Notes: generated by a model from the letters alone, not told the origin. 64,000 bases of DNA from Eledone cirrhosa (GCA_964016885.1 OZ024740.1:17856001-17920000); one strand, 5' to 3'; counted from the stretch's first letter, positions 18,001 through 33,732 are shown. A program made the numbers and translations.

Positions 18001-21000
18001 TATATATAGAGAAGTAGTAACATCACAGTTCACCATACCGAGTACATACACACATGTGTATATAGAGAAGTAGTAAGACCACAGTTCACCATACTGAGTA
18101 CATACCCACATGTATATATATAGAGAAGTAGTAAGACCAGAGTTCACCATACCTAGTACATACACACATGTATATATAGAGAAGTAGTAAGACCACAGTT
18201 CACCATACCGAGTACATACACACATGTGTATATAGAGAAGTAGTAAGACAACAGTTCACCATACCGAGTACATACACACATGTGTATATAGAGAAGTAGT
18301 AAGACCACAGTTCACCATACCGAGTACATACACACATGTGTATATATAGAGAAGTAGTAAGACAACAGTTCACCATACCGAGTACATACACACATGTATA
18401 TATAGAGAAGTAGTAAGACCACAGTTCACCATACCGAGTACATACACACATGTGTATATAGAGAAGTAGTAAGACAACAGTTCACCATACCGAGTACATA
18501 CACACATGTGTATATAGAGAAGTAGTAAGACCACAGTTCACCATACCGAGTACATACACACATGTGTATATATAGAGAAGTAGTAAGACAACAGTTCACC
18601 ATACCGAGTACATACACACATGTATATATAGAGAAGTAGTAAGACCACAGTTCACCATACCGAGTACATACACACATGTATATATATAGAGAAGTAGTAA
18701 GACCACAGTTCACCATACCGAGTACATACACACATGTATATATAGAGAAGTAGTAAGACCACAGTTCACCTTACCGAGTACATACACACATGTATATATA
18801 GAGAAGTAGTAAGACCACAGTTCACCATACCGAGTACATACACACATGTGTATATAGAGAAGTAGTAAGACCACAGTTCACCATACCGTGTACATACACA
18901 CATGTGTATATAGAGAAGTAGTAAGACCACAGTTCACCATACCGAGTACATACACACATGTATATATGTAGAGAAGTAGTAAGACCACAGTTCACTATAC
19001 CGAGTACATACACACATGTATATATATAGAGAAGTAGTAAGACCATAGTTCACCATACCGAGTACATACACACATGTATATATAGAGAAGTAGTAAGACC
19101 ACAGTTCACCATACCGAGTACATACACACATGTATATATAGAGAAGTAGTAAGACCACAGTTCACCATACCGAGTACATACACACATGTGTATATAGAGA
19201 AGTACTAAGACCACAGTTCACCATACCGAGTACATACCCACATGTGTATATAGAGAAGTAGTAAGACCACAGTTCACCATACCAAGTACATACACACATG
19301 TGTATATAGAGAAGTAGTAAGACCACAGTTCACCATACCGAGTACATACACACATGTGTATATAGAGAAGTAGTAAGACCACAGTTCACCATACCGAGTA
19401 CACACACACATGTATATATAGAGAAGTAGTAAGACCACAGTTCACCATACCGAGTACATACACACATGTATATATATAGAGAAGTAGTAAGACCACAGTT
19501 CACCATACCGAGTACATACACACATGTATATATAGAGAAGTAGTAAGATCACAGTTCACCATACCGAGTACATACACACATGTTTATATAGAGAAGTAGT
19601 AAGACCACAGTTCACCATACCGAGTACATACACACATGTGTATATATAGAGAAGTAGTAAGACCACAGTTCACCATACCGAGTACATACACACATGTGTA
19701 TATAGAGAAGTAGTAAGAACACAGTTAACCATACCGAGTACATACCCACATGTATATATAGAGAAGTAGTAAGACCACAGTTCACCATACCGAGTACATA
19801 CCCACATGTGTATATATAGAGAAGTAGTAAGACCACAGTTCACCATACCGAGTACATACCCACATGTATATATAGAGAAGTAGTAAGACCACAGTTCACC
19901 ATACCGAGTACATACACACATGTGTATATATAGAGAAGTAGTAAGACCACAGTTCACCATACCGAGTACATACCCACATGTATATATAGAGAAGTAGTAA
20001 GACCACAGTTCACCATACCGAGTACATACACACATGTATATATAGAGAAGCAGTAAGACCACAGTTCACCATACCGAGTACATACACACATGTGTATATA
20101 TAGAGAAGTAGTAAGACCACAGTTCACCATACCGAGTACATACACACATGTATATATAGAGAAGTAGTAAGACCACAGTTCACCATACCGAGTACATACA
20201 CACATGTGTATATAGAGAAGTAGTAAGACCACAGTTCACCATACCGAGTACATACCCACATGTATATATATAGAGAAGTAGTAAGACCAGAGTTCACCAT
20301 ACCGAGTACATACCCACATGTATATATATAGAGAAGTAGTAAGACCAGAGTTCACCATACCGAGTACATACACACATGTATATATATAGAGAAGTAGTAA
20401 GACCACAGTTCACCATACCGAGTACATACCCACATGTATATATAGAGAAGTAGTAAGACCACAGTTCACCATACCGAGTACATACACACATGTATATATA
20501 TAGAGAAGTAGTAAGATCACAGTTCACCATACCGAGTACATACACACATGTATATATAGAGAAGTAGTAAGACCACAGTTCACCATACCGAGTACATACA
20601 CACATGTATATATAGAGATGTAGTAAGACAACAGTTCACCATACCGAGTACATACCCACATGTATATATAGAGAAGTAGTAAGACCACAGTTCACCATAC
20701 CGAGTACATACACATGTATATATAGAGAAGTAGTAAGACCACAGTTCACCATACCGAGTACATACACACATGTGTATATAGAGAAGTAGTAAGACCACAG
20801 TTCACCATACCGAGTACATACACACATGTGTATATATAGAGAAGTAGTAAGACCACAGTTCACCATACCGAGTACATACACACATGTGTATATAGAGAAG
20901 TAGTAAGACCACAGTTCACCATACCGAGTACATTAACACATGTGTATATAGAGAAGTAGTAAGACCAGAGTTCACCATACCAAGTACATACACACATGTA

Positions 21001-24000
21001 TATATATAGAGAAGTAGTAAGACCACAGTTCATCATACCGAGTACATACACACATGTGTATATATAGAGAAGTAGTAAGACCACAGTTCACCATACCGAG
21101 TACATACACACATGTGTATATAGAGAAGTACTAAGACCACAGTTCACCATACCGAGTACATACCCACATGTGTATATAGAGAAGTAGTAAGACCACAGTT
21201 CACCATACCGAGTACATACACACATGTATATATATAGAGAAGTAGTAAGACTAGAGTTCACCATACCAAGTACATACACACATGTATATATATAGAGAAG
21301 TAGTAAAACCACAGTTCACCATACCGAGTACATACACACATATGTATATAGAGAAGTAGTAAACCACAGTTCACCATACCGAGTACATACACACATGTAT
21401 ATATAGAGAAGTAGTAAGACCACAGTTCACCATACCGAGTACATACACACATGTATATATATAGAGAAGTAGTAAGACCAGAGTTCACCATACCGAGTAC
21501 ATACACACATGTATATATATAGAGAAGTAGTAAGACCAGAGTTCACCATACCAAGTACATACACACATGTATATATATATAGAGAAGTAGTAAAACCACA
21601 GTTCACCTTACCGAGTACATACACACACATGTATATATAGAGAAGTAGTAAGACCACAGTGCACCATACCGAGTACATACACACATGTGTATATATAGAG
21701 AAGTAGTAAGACCACAGTTCACCATACCGAGTACATATACACATGTATATATAGAGAAGCAGTAAGACCACAGTTCACCATACCGAGTACATACACACAT
21801 GTGTATATAGAGAAGTAGTAAGACCACAGTTCACCATACCGAGTACATACCAACATGTATATATATAGAGAAGTAGTAAGACCAGAGTTCACCATACCGA
21901 GTACATACACACGTGTATATATATAGAGAAGTAGTAAGACCAGAGTTCACCATACCGAGTACATACACACATGTATATATAGAGAAGTAGTAAGACCACA
22001 GTTCACCATACCGAGTACATACACACGTGTATATATAGAGAAGTAGTAAGACCACAGTTCACCATACCGTGTACATACACACATGTGTATATAGAGAAGT
22101 AGTAAACGACAGTTCACCATACCGAGTACATACACACATGTATATATAGAGAAGTAGTAAGACCACAGTTCACCATACCGAGTACATACACACATGTGTA
22201 TATAGAGAAATAGTAAGACAACAGTTCACCATACCGAGTACATACACACATGTGTATATAGAGAAGTAGTAAGACCACAGTTCACCATACCGAGTACATA
22301 CACACATGTATATATAGAGAAGTAGTAAGACAACAGTTCACCATACCGAGTACATACACACATGTATATATAGAGAAGTAGTAAGACCACAGTTCACCTT
22401 ACCGAGTACATACACACATGTATATATAGAGAAGTAGTAAGACCACAGTTCACCATACCGAGTACATACACACATGTGTATATAGAGAAGTAGTAAACGA
22501 CAGTTCACCATACCGAGTACATACACACATGTATATATAGAGAAGTAGTAAGACCACAGTTCACCATACCGAGTACATACACACATGTGTATATAGAGAA
22601 GTAGTAAGACCACAGTTCACCATACCGAGTACATACACACATGTGTATATATAGAGAAGTAGTAAGACCACAGTTCACCATACCGAGTACAAACACACAT
22701 GTATATATATAGAGAAGTAGTAAGACCAGAGTTCACCATACCAAGTACATACACACATGTATATATATAGAGAAGTAGTAAGACTACAGTTCACCTTACC
22801 GAGTACATACACACACATGTATATATAGAGAAGTAGTAAGACCACAGTTCACCATACCGAGTACATACACACATGTGTATATATAGAGAAGTAGTAAGAC
22901 CACAGTTCACCATACCGAGTACATACCCACATGTATATATAGAGAAGTAGTAAGACCACAGTTCACCATACCGAGTACATACACACATGTATATATAGAG
23001 ATGTAGTAAGACAACAGTTCACCATACCGAGTACATACCCACATGTATATATAGAGAAGTAGTAAGACAACAGTTCACCATACCGAGTACATACACACAT
23101 GTGTATATAGAGAAGTAGTAAGACAACAGTTCACCATACCGAGTACATACACACATGTGTATATAGAGAAGTAGTAAGACCACAGTTCACTATACCGAGT
23201 ACATACACACATGTATATATAGAGAAGTAGTAAGACCACAGTTCACCATACCGAGTACATACACACATGTATATATATAGAGAAGTAGTAAGACCACAGT
23301 TCACCATACCGAGTACATACACACATGTATATATAGAGAAGTAGTAAGACCACAGTTCACCATACTGAGTACATACACACATGTGTTTATAGAGAAGTAG
23401 TAAGACATAGTTCACCATACCGAGTACATACACACATGTGTATATAGAGAAGTAGTAAGACTGCAGTTCACCATACCGAGTACATACACACATGTATATA
23501 TATAGAGAAGTAGTAAGACCACAGTTCACTATACCGAGTACATACACACACGTATATATATAGAGAAGTAGTAAGACCACAGTTCACCATACCGAGTACA
23601 TACACACGTGTATATATAGAGAAGTAGTAAGACCAGAGTTCACCATACCAAGTACATACACACATGTATATATATAGAGAAGTAATAAGACCACAGTTCA
23701 CCATACCGAGTACATACCCACATGTATATATAGAGAAGTAGTAAGACCACAGTTCACCATACCGAGTACATACACAAATGTATATATATAGAGAAGTAGT
23801 AAGATCACAGTTCACCATACCGAGTACATACACACATGTGTATATAGAGAAGTAGTAAGACCACAGTTCACCATACCGAGTACATACCCACATGTATATA
23901 TATAGAGAAGTAGTAAGACCAGAGTTCACCATACCGAGTACATACACACATGTATATATAGAGAAGTAGTAAGACCACAGTTCACCATACCGAGTACATA

Positions 24001-27000
24001 CCCACATGTATATATATAGAGAAGTAGTAAGACCAGAGTTCACCATACCGAGTACATACACACATGTATATATAGAGAAGTAGTAAGACCACAGTTCACC
24101 ATACCGAGTACATACACACATGTGTATATATAGAGAAGTAGTAAGACCACAGTTCACCATACCGAGTACATACACACATGTATATATAGAGAAGTAGTAA
24201 GACCATAGTTCACCATACCGAGTACATACACACATGTGTATATAGAGAAGTAGTAAGACAACAGTTCACCATACCGAGTACATACACACATGTGTATATA
24301 GAGAAGTAGTAAGACCACAGTTCACCTTACCGAGTACATACACACATGTATATATAGAGAAGTAGTAAGACCACAGTTCACCATACCGAGTACATACACA
24401 CATGTGTATATAGAGAAGTAGTAAGACCACAGTTCACCATACCGAGTACATACACACATGTATATATGTAGAGAAGTAGTAAGACCACAGTTCACTATAC
24501 TGAGTACATACACACATGTATATATATAGAGAAGTAGTAAGACCACAGTTCGCCATACCGAGTACATACACACATGTATATATAGAGAAGTAGTAAGACC
24601 ACAGTTCACCATACCGAGTACATACACACATGTATATATAGAGAAGCAGTAAGACCACAGTTCACCATACCGAGTACATACACACATGTGTATATAGAGA
24701 AGTACTAAGACCACAGTTCACCATACCGAGTACATACCCACATGTGTATATAGAGAAGTAGTAAGACCACAGTTCATCATACCGAGTACATACCCACATG
24801 TGTATATAGAGAAGTAGTAAGACCACAGTTCACCATACCGAGTACATACACACATGTTTATATAGAGAAGTAGTAAGACCACAGTTCACCATACCGAGTA
24901 CATACACACATGTGTATATATAGAGAAGTAGTAAGACCACAGTTCACCATACCGAGTACATACACACATGTGTATATAGAGAAGTAGTAAGAACACAGTT
25001 AACCATACCGAGTACATACCCACATGTATATATAGAGAAGTAGTAAGACCACAGTTCACCATACCGAGTACATACCCACATGTGTATATATAGAGAAGTA
25101 GTAAGACCACAGTTCACCATACCGAGTACATACCCACATGTATATATAGAGAAGTAGTAAGACCACAGTTCACCATACCGAGTACATACACACATGTGTA
25201 TATATAGAGAAGTAGTAAGACCACAGTTCACCATACCGAGTACATACCCACATGTATATATAGAGAAGTAGTAAGACCACAGTTCACCATACCGAGTACA
25301 TACACACATGTATATATAGAGAAGCAGTAAGACCACAGTTCACCATACCGAGTACATACACACATGTGTATATATAGAGAAGTAGTAAGACCACAGTTCA
25401 CCATACCGAGTACATACACACATGTATATATAGAGAAGTAGTAAGACCACAGTTCACCATACCGAGTACATACACACATGTGTATATAGAGAAGTAGTAA
25501 GACAACAGTTCACCATACCGAGTACATACACACATGTGTATATATAGAGAAGTAGTAAGACCACAGTTCACCATACCGAGTACATACCCACATGTATATA
25601 TAGAGAAGTAGTAAGACCACAGTTCACCATACCGAGTACATACACACATGTATATATATAGAGAAGTAGTAACATCACAGTTCACCATACCGAGTACATA
25701 CACACATGTGTATATAGAGAAGTAGTAAGACCACAGTTCACCATACTGAGTACATACCCACATGTATATATATAGAGAAGTAGTAAGACCAGAGTTCACC
25801 ATACCTAGTACATACACACATGTATATATAGAGAAGTAGTAAGACCACAGTTCACCATACCGAGTACATACACACATGTGTATATAGAGAAGTAGTAAGA
25901 CAACAGTTCACCATACCGAGTACATACACACATGTGTATATAGAGAAGTAGTAAGACCACAGTTCACCATACCGAGTACATACACACATGTGTATATATA
26001 GAGAAGTAGTAAGACAACAGTTCACCATACCGAGTACATACACACATGTATATATAGAGAAGTAGTAAGACCACAGTTCACCATACCGAGTACATACACA
26101 CATGTGTATATAGAGAAGTAGTAAGACAACAGTTCACCATACCGAGTACATACACACATGTGTATATAGAGAAGTAGTAAGACCACAGTTCACCATACCG
26201 AGTACATACACACATGTGTATATATAGAGAAGTAGTAAGACAACAGTTCACCATACCGAGTACATACACACATGTATATATAGAGAAGTAGTAAGACCAC
26301 AGTTCACCATACCGAGTACATACACACATGTATATATATAGAGAAGTAGTAAGACCACAGTTCACCATACCGAGTACATACACACATGTATATATAGAGA
26401 AGTAGTAAGACCACAGTTCACCTTACCGAGTACATACACACATGTATATATAGAGAAGTAGTAAGACCACAGTTCACCATACCGAGTACATACACACATG
26501 TGTATATAGAGAAGTAGTAAGACCACAGTTCACCATACCGTGTACATACACACATGTGTATATAGAGAAGTAGTAAGACCACAGTTCACCATACCGAGTA
26601 CATACACACATGTATATATGTAGAGAAGTAGTAAGACCACAGTTCACTATACCGAGTACATACACACATGTATATATATAGAGAAGTAGTAAGACCATAG
26701 TTCACCATACCGAGTACATACACACATGTATATATAGAGAAGTAGTAAGACCACAGTTCACCATACCGAGTACATACACACATGTATATATAGAGAAGTA
26801 GTAAGACCACAGTTCACCATACCGAGTACATACACACATGTGTATATAGAGAAGTACTAAGACCACAGTTCACCATACCGAGTACATACCCACATGTGTA
26901 TATAGAGAAGTAGTAAGACCACAGTTCACCATACCAAGTACATACACACATGTGTATATAGAGAAGTAGTAAGACCACAGTTCACCATACCGAGTACATA

Positions 27001-30000
27001 CACACATGTGTATATAGAGAAGTAGTAAGACCACAGTTCACCATACCGAGTACACACACACATGTATATATAGAGAAGTAGTAAGACCACAGTTCACCAT
27101 ACCGAGTACATACACACATGTATATATATAGAGAAGTAGTAAGACCACAGTTCACCATACCGAGTACATACACACATGTATATATAGAGAAGTAGTAAGA
27201 TCACAGTTCACCATACCGAGTACATACACACATGTTTATATAGAGAAGTAGTAAGACCACAGTTCACCATACCGAGTACATACACACATGTGTATATATA
27301 GAGAAGTAGTAAGACCACAGTTCACCATACCGAGTACATACACACATGTGTATATAGAGAAGTAGTAAGAACACAGTTAACCATACCGAGTACATACCCA
27401 CATGTATATATAGAGAAGTAGTAAGACCACAGTTCACCATACCGAGTACATACCCACATGTGTATATATAGAGAAGTAGTAAGACCACAGTTCACCATAC
27501 CGAGTACATACCCACATGTATATATAGAGAAGTAGTAAGACCACAGTTCACCATACCGAGTACATACACACATGTGTATATATAGAGAAGTAGTAAGACC
27601 ACAGTTCACCATACCGAGTACATACCCACATGTATATATAGAGAAGTAGTAAGACCACAGTTCACCATACCGAGTACATACACACATGTATATATAGAGA
27701 AGCAGTAAGACCACAGTTCACCATACCGAGTACATACACACATGTGTATATATAGAGAAGTAGTAAGACCACAGTTCACCATACCGAGTACATACACACA
27801 TGTATATATAGAGAAGTAGTAAGACCACAGTTCACCATACCGAGTACATACACACATGTGTATATAGAGAAGTAGTAAGACCACAGTTCACCATACCGAG
27901 TACATACCCACATGTATATATATAGAGAAGTAGTAAGACCAGAGTTCACCATACCGAGTACATACCCACATGTATATATATAGAGAAGTAGTAAGACCAG
28001 AGTTCACCATACCGAGTACATACACACATGTATATATATAGAGAAGTAGTAAGACCACAGTTCACCATACCGAGTACATACCCACATGTATATATAGAGA
28101 AGTAGTAAGACCACAGTTCACCATACCGAGTACATACACACATGTATATATATAGAGAAGTAGTAAGATCACAGTTCACCATACCGAGTACATACACACA
28201 TGTATATATAGAGAGAAGTAGTAAGACCACAGTTCACCATACCGAGTACATACAGACATGTGTATATATAGAGAAGTAGTAAGACCACAGTTCACCATAC
28301 CGAGTACATACACACATGTGTATATATAGAGAAGTAGTAAGACCACAGTTCACCATACCGAGTACATACACACATGTATATATATAGAGAAGTAGTAAGA
28401 CCAGAGTTCACCATACCAAGTACATACACACATGTATATATATAGAGAAGTAGTAAGACCACAGTTCACCTTACCGAGTACATACACACACATGTATATA
28501 TAGAGAAGTAGTAAGACCACAGTGCACCATGCCGAGTACATACACACGTGTGTATATATAGAGAAGTAGTAAGACCACAGTTAACCATACTGAGTACATA
28601 CCCACATGTATATATAGAGAAGTAGTAAGACCACAGTTCACCATACCGAGTACATACACACATGTGTATATATAGAGAAGTAGTAAGACCACAGTTCACC
28701 ATACCGAGTACATACCCACATGTATATATAGAGAAGTAGTAAGACCACAGTTCACCATACCGAGTACATACACACATGTATATATATAGAGAAGTAGTAA
28801 GACCACAGTTCACCATACCGAGTACATACACACATGTATATATAGAGAAGTAGTAAGATCACAGTTCACCATACCGAGTACATACACACATGTTTATATA
28901 GAGAAGTAGTAAGACCACAGTTCACCATACCGAGTACATACACACATGTGTATATATAGAGAAGTAGTAAGATCACAGTTCACCATACCGAGTACATACA
29001 CACATGTGTATATAGAGAAGTAGTAAGAACACAGTTAACCATACCGAGTACATACCCACATGTATATATAGAGAAGTAGTAAGACCACAGTTCACCATAC
29101 CGAGTACATACCCACATGTGTATATATAGAGAAGTAGTAAGACCACAGTTCACCATACCGAGTACATACCCACATGTATATATAGAGAAGTAGTAAGACC
29201 ACAGTTCACCATACCGAGTACATACACACATGTGTATATATAGAGAAGTAGTAAGACCACAGTTCACCATACCGAGTACATACCCACATGTATATATAGA
29301 GAAGTAGTAAGACCACAGTTCACCATACCGAGTACATACACACATGTCTATATAGAGAAGCAGTAAGACCAGAGTTCACCATACCGAGTACATACCCACA
29401 TGTATATATATAGAGAAGTAGTAAGACCAGAGTTCACCATACCGAGTACATACACACATGTATATATATAGAGAAGTAGTAAGACCACAGTTCACCATAC
29501 CGAGTACATACCCACATGTATATATAGAGAAGTAGTAAGACCACAGTTCACCATACCGAGTACATACACACATGTATATATATAGAGAAGTAGTAAGATC
29601 ACAGTTCACCATACCGAGTACATACACACATGTATATATAGAGAGAAGTAGTAAGACCACAGTTCACCATACCGAGTACATACAGACATGTGTATATATA
29701 GAGAAGTAGTAAGACCACAGTTCACCATACCGAGTACATACACACATGTGTATATATAGAGAAGTAGTAAGACCACAGTTCACCATACCGAGTACATACA
29801 CACATGTATATATATAGAGAAGTAGTAAGACCAGAGTTCACCATACCAAGTACATACACACATGTATATATATAGAGAAGTAGTAAGACCACAGTTCACC
29901 TTACCGAGTACATACACACACATGTATATATAGAGAAGTAGTAAGACCACAGTGCACCATGCCGAGTACATACACACATGTGTATATATAGAGAAGTAGT

Positions 30001-32704
30001 AAGACCACAGTTAACCATACCGAGTACATATACACATGTATATATAGAGAAGCAGTAAGACCACAGTTCACCATACCGAGTACATACACACATGTGTATA
30101 TAGAGAAGTAGTAAGACCACAGTTCACCATACCGAGTACATACACACATGTGTATATAGAGAAGTAGTAAGACCACAGTTCACCATACCGAGTACATACA
30201 CACATGTATATATATAGAGAAGTAGTAAGACCACAGTTCACTATACCGAGTACATACACACATGTATATATATAGAGAAGTAGTAAGACCACAGTTCACC
30301 ATACCGAGTACATACACACATGTGTATATAGAGAAGTAGTAAGACCACAGTTCACCATACCGAGTACATACACACATGTGTATATATAGAGAAGTAGTAA
30401 GACCACAGTTCACCATACCGAGTACATACACACATGTTTATATAGAGAAGTAGTAAGACCACAGTTCACCATACCGAGTACATACACACATGTATATATA
30501 TAGAGAAGTAGTAAGACCACAGTTCACCATACCGAGTACATACACACATGTGTATATATAGAGAAGTAGTAAGACCACAGTTCACCATACCGAGTACATA
30601 CACACATGTATATATATAGAGAAGTAGTAAGACCACAGTTCACCATACCGAGTACATACACACATGTTTATATAGAGAAGTAGTAAGACCACAGTTCACC
30701 ATACCGAGTACATACACACATGTATATATATAGAGAAGTAGTAAGACCACAGTTCACCATACCGAGTACATACACACATGTATATATATAGAGAAGTAGT
30801 AAGACCACAGTTCACCATACCGAGTACATACACACATGTATATATAGAGAAGTAGTAAGACCAGAGTTCACCATACCGAGTACATACACACATGTATATA
30901 TATAGAGAAGTAGTAAGACCACAGTTCACCATACCGAGTACATACACACATGTGTATATAGAGAAGTAGTAAGACCACAGTTCACCATACCGAGTACATA
31001 CACACATGTATATATATAGAGAAGAAGTAAGACCACAGTTCACCATACCGAGTACATACCCACATGTATATATATAGAGAAGTAGTAAGACCACAGTTCA
31101 CCATACCGAGTACATACAGACATGTATATATAGAGAAGTAGTAAGACCACAGTTCACCATACCGAGTACATACACACATGTATATATATAGAGAAGTAGT
31201 AAGACCACAGTTCACCATACCGAGTACATACACACATGTATATATATAGAGAAGTAGTAAGACCACAGTTCACCATACCGAGTACATACACACATGTGTA
31301 TATAGAGAAGTAGTAAGACCACAGTTCACCATACCGAGTACATACACACATGTATATATAGAGAAGTAGTAAGACCACAGTTCACCATACCGAGTACATA
31401 CACACATGTATATATAGAGAAGTAGTAAGACCACAGTTCACCATACCGAGTACATACACACATGTATATATAGAGAAGTAGTAAGACCACAGTTCACCAT
31501 ACCGAGTACATACACACATGTGTATATATAGAGAAGTAGTAAGACCACAGTTCACCATACCGAGTACATACACACATGTGTATATAGAGAAGTAGTAAGA
31601 CCACAGTTCACCATACCGAGTACATACACACATGTATATATATAGAGAAGTAGTAAGACCACAGTTCACCATACCGAGTACATACCCACATGTATATATA
31701 TAGAGAAGTAGTAAGCCCACAGTTCACCATACCGAGTACATACAGACATGTATATATAGAGAAGAAGACCACAGTTCACCATACCGAGTACATACACACA
31801 TGTGTATATAGAGAAGTAGTAAGACCACAGTTCACCATACCGAGTACATACCCACATGTATATATAGAGAAGTAGTAAGACCACAGTTCACCATACCGAG
31901 TACACACACACATGTATATATATAGAGAAGTAGTAAGACCACAGTTCACCATACCGAGTACATACACACATGTATATATATAGAGAAGTAGTAAGATCAC
32001 AGTTCACCATACCGAGTACATACACACATGTATATATAGAGAAGCAGTAAGACCACAGTTCACCATACCGAGTACATACACACATGTGTATATATAGAGA
32101 AGTAGTAAGACCACAGTTCACCATACCGAGTACATACACACATGTGTATATATAGAAGTAGTAAGATCACAGTTCACCATACCGAGTACATACACACATG
32201 TATATATATAGAGAAGTAGTAAGACCACAGTTCACTATACCGAGTACATACCCACATGTATATATATAGAGAAGTAGTAAGACCACAGTTCACCATACCG
32301 AGTACATACCCACATGTGTATATATAGAGAAGTAGTAAGACCACAGTTCACCATACCGAGTACATACACACATGTTTATATAGATAAGTAGTAAGACCAC
32401 AGTTCACCATACCGAGTACATACACACATGTATATAGAGAAGTAGTAAGACCACAGTTCACTATACCGAGTACATACCCACATGTATATATAGAGAAGTA
32501 GTAAGACCACAGTTCACCATACCGAGTACATACCCACATGTGTATATATAGAGAAGTAGTAAGACCACAGTTCACCATACCGAGTACATACCCACATGTG
32601 TATATATAGAGAAGTAGTAAGACCACAGTTCACCATACCGAGTACATACACACATGTATATATATAGAGAAGTAGTAAGACCACAGTTCACCATACCGAG
32701 TACA
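1..32704. repeat. Large tandem satellite, 56-bp monomer (58-bp variant with an extra TA), roughly 575-580 copies, open at the left window edge
   Basis: Consensus GTAGTAAGACCACAGTTCACCATACCGAGTACATACACACATGTATATATAGAGAA repeats head-to-tail without interruption until ...CCGAGTACA|AATGTTTC at about 32704. Confidence 0.99.
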
Positions 32705-32714
32705 AATGTTTCAC

Positions 32715-32845
32715 CTTATGCTGTGTGTATTTGTATGCAAAAGGCAAACAGAAATAACAAAGCAAACGACACAGTACAATGAAGAAATATATTAGTTTTA
32801 CGCTTGATATAGTAGGAAGTCTTAACGTTTCGGATGCTACCCTCT
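32715..32845 (-). mobile_element. Penelope-like element terminal-repeat (pLTR) remnant
   Basis: Homologous by eye to 39725-39860 and to the reverse complement of 35575-35680. The minus strand keeps TAGCATCC-GAAACGTTAAG, the 3' half of a minimal hammerhead motif. Confidence 0.6.
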
Positions 32846-33198
32846 GCCACTGTCACCTTTACCTCGTACATTCACCCCTTTGGTGCCTTGGCTCTGTTAT
32901 GGTAAGAAACATACACCCTTACAGCTTATACAGACCAACACACACACCTCTATATTTACTTTCACATTTCTCTACACACACACATATCGACACAGACACG
33001 CACCCTTATATCCCCACATTTGCTCACACCTTCGTACTTACAAACACACACACATTCTTTTACTTGCATATACACACATTCACTTGTTAAAGGAAATACA
33101 TCGAACCAAGGCGAAAATCCATTAAGTCACTTAGAGTTATCTCCCTTTATTAACCGACGTCAAATTAAATAGAAATGCTTAGACTTTTAATATTTTAG

Positions 33199-33323
33199 GT
33201 TGGCAGTATCGGTAGAAGGTCGGCCGCCATGCTTTGTAGCATAGAGTTACGGCCCTTTATGATCTGAGTTCAAATCCCGCCGAGGTTAACTTTGCCTTTC
33301 ATCCTTACGGGGGTCGATAAATA
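33199..33323 (+). mobile_element. tRNA-headed SINE family A, 3'-truncated
   Basis: A-box-like TGGCAGTATCGG, B-box GAGTTCAAATCC and body TTTGCCTTTCATCCTTACGGGGGTCGATAAA, shared with six other copies in the window. Confidence 0.85.
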
Positions 33324-33577
33324 CTATGTATATATAATACTGTGTTTATATAATACTTTGTATATATAATACTGTATATATATATACTGTGTATATATAA
33401 TACTGTGTTTATATAATATTGTGTATATATAATACTGTGTATATATATAATACTGTGTATATATATAATACTGTGTGTATATATAATACTGTGTATATAT
33501 AATACTATGTATATATAATACTGTGTTTATATAATACTGTGTATATATAATATTGTGTTTATATAATACTGTATATA
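33322..33577. repeat. ~16-bp AT-rich minisatellite (TACTGTGTATATATAA)n
   Basis: Direct tandem repeats beginning where the SINE body breaks off. Confidence 0.9.
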
Positions 33578-33611
33578 TTTACAGCAAGAACACCAGAATA
33601 CTTTTCACCTT

Positions 33612-33722
33612 ACAGTGAGTGCTGAGTGCTTTTTTCCGTGGCGCCTACACGTCCACTTTTACAGTGTGGACTGGGTGTTTTTTTTTGCTGTGGCACCTCC
33701 GCGACCACTTTGCAGTGGGAGG
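33612..33722 (-). mobile_element. SINE family B / RTE 3'-region fragment
   Basis: The reverse complement matches the CCACTGCAAAGTGGTCG...GCACTCACTGTAA block seen at 40166-40225 and 60147-60255. Confidence 0.7.
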
Positions 33723-33732
33723 GGATTGGGGC

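Noticed and set aside
80-32626. More than 100 minus-strand ORFs (MCVCTRYGELWSYYFSIY...)
   Set aside because: These are translations of the satellite; frames shift with the 56/58-bp length variants.
1-32704. CRISPR-like array (constant 39-mer with variable linker)
   Set aside because: The linkers are near-identical TA/CA tracts rather than unique spacers. There are no cas genes and the context is eukaryotic.
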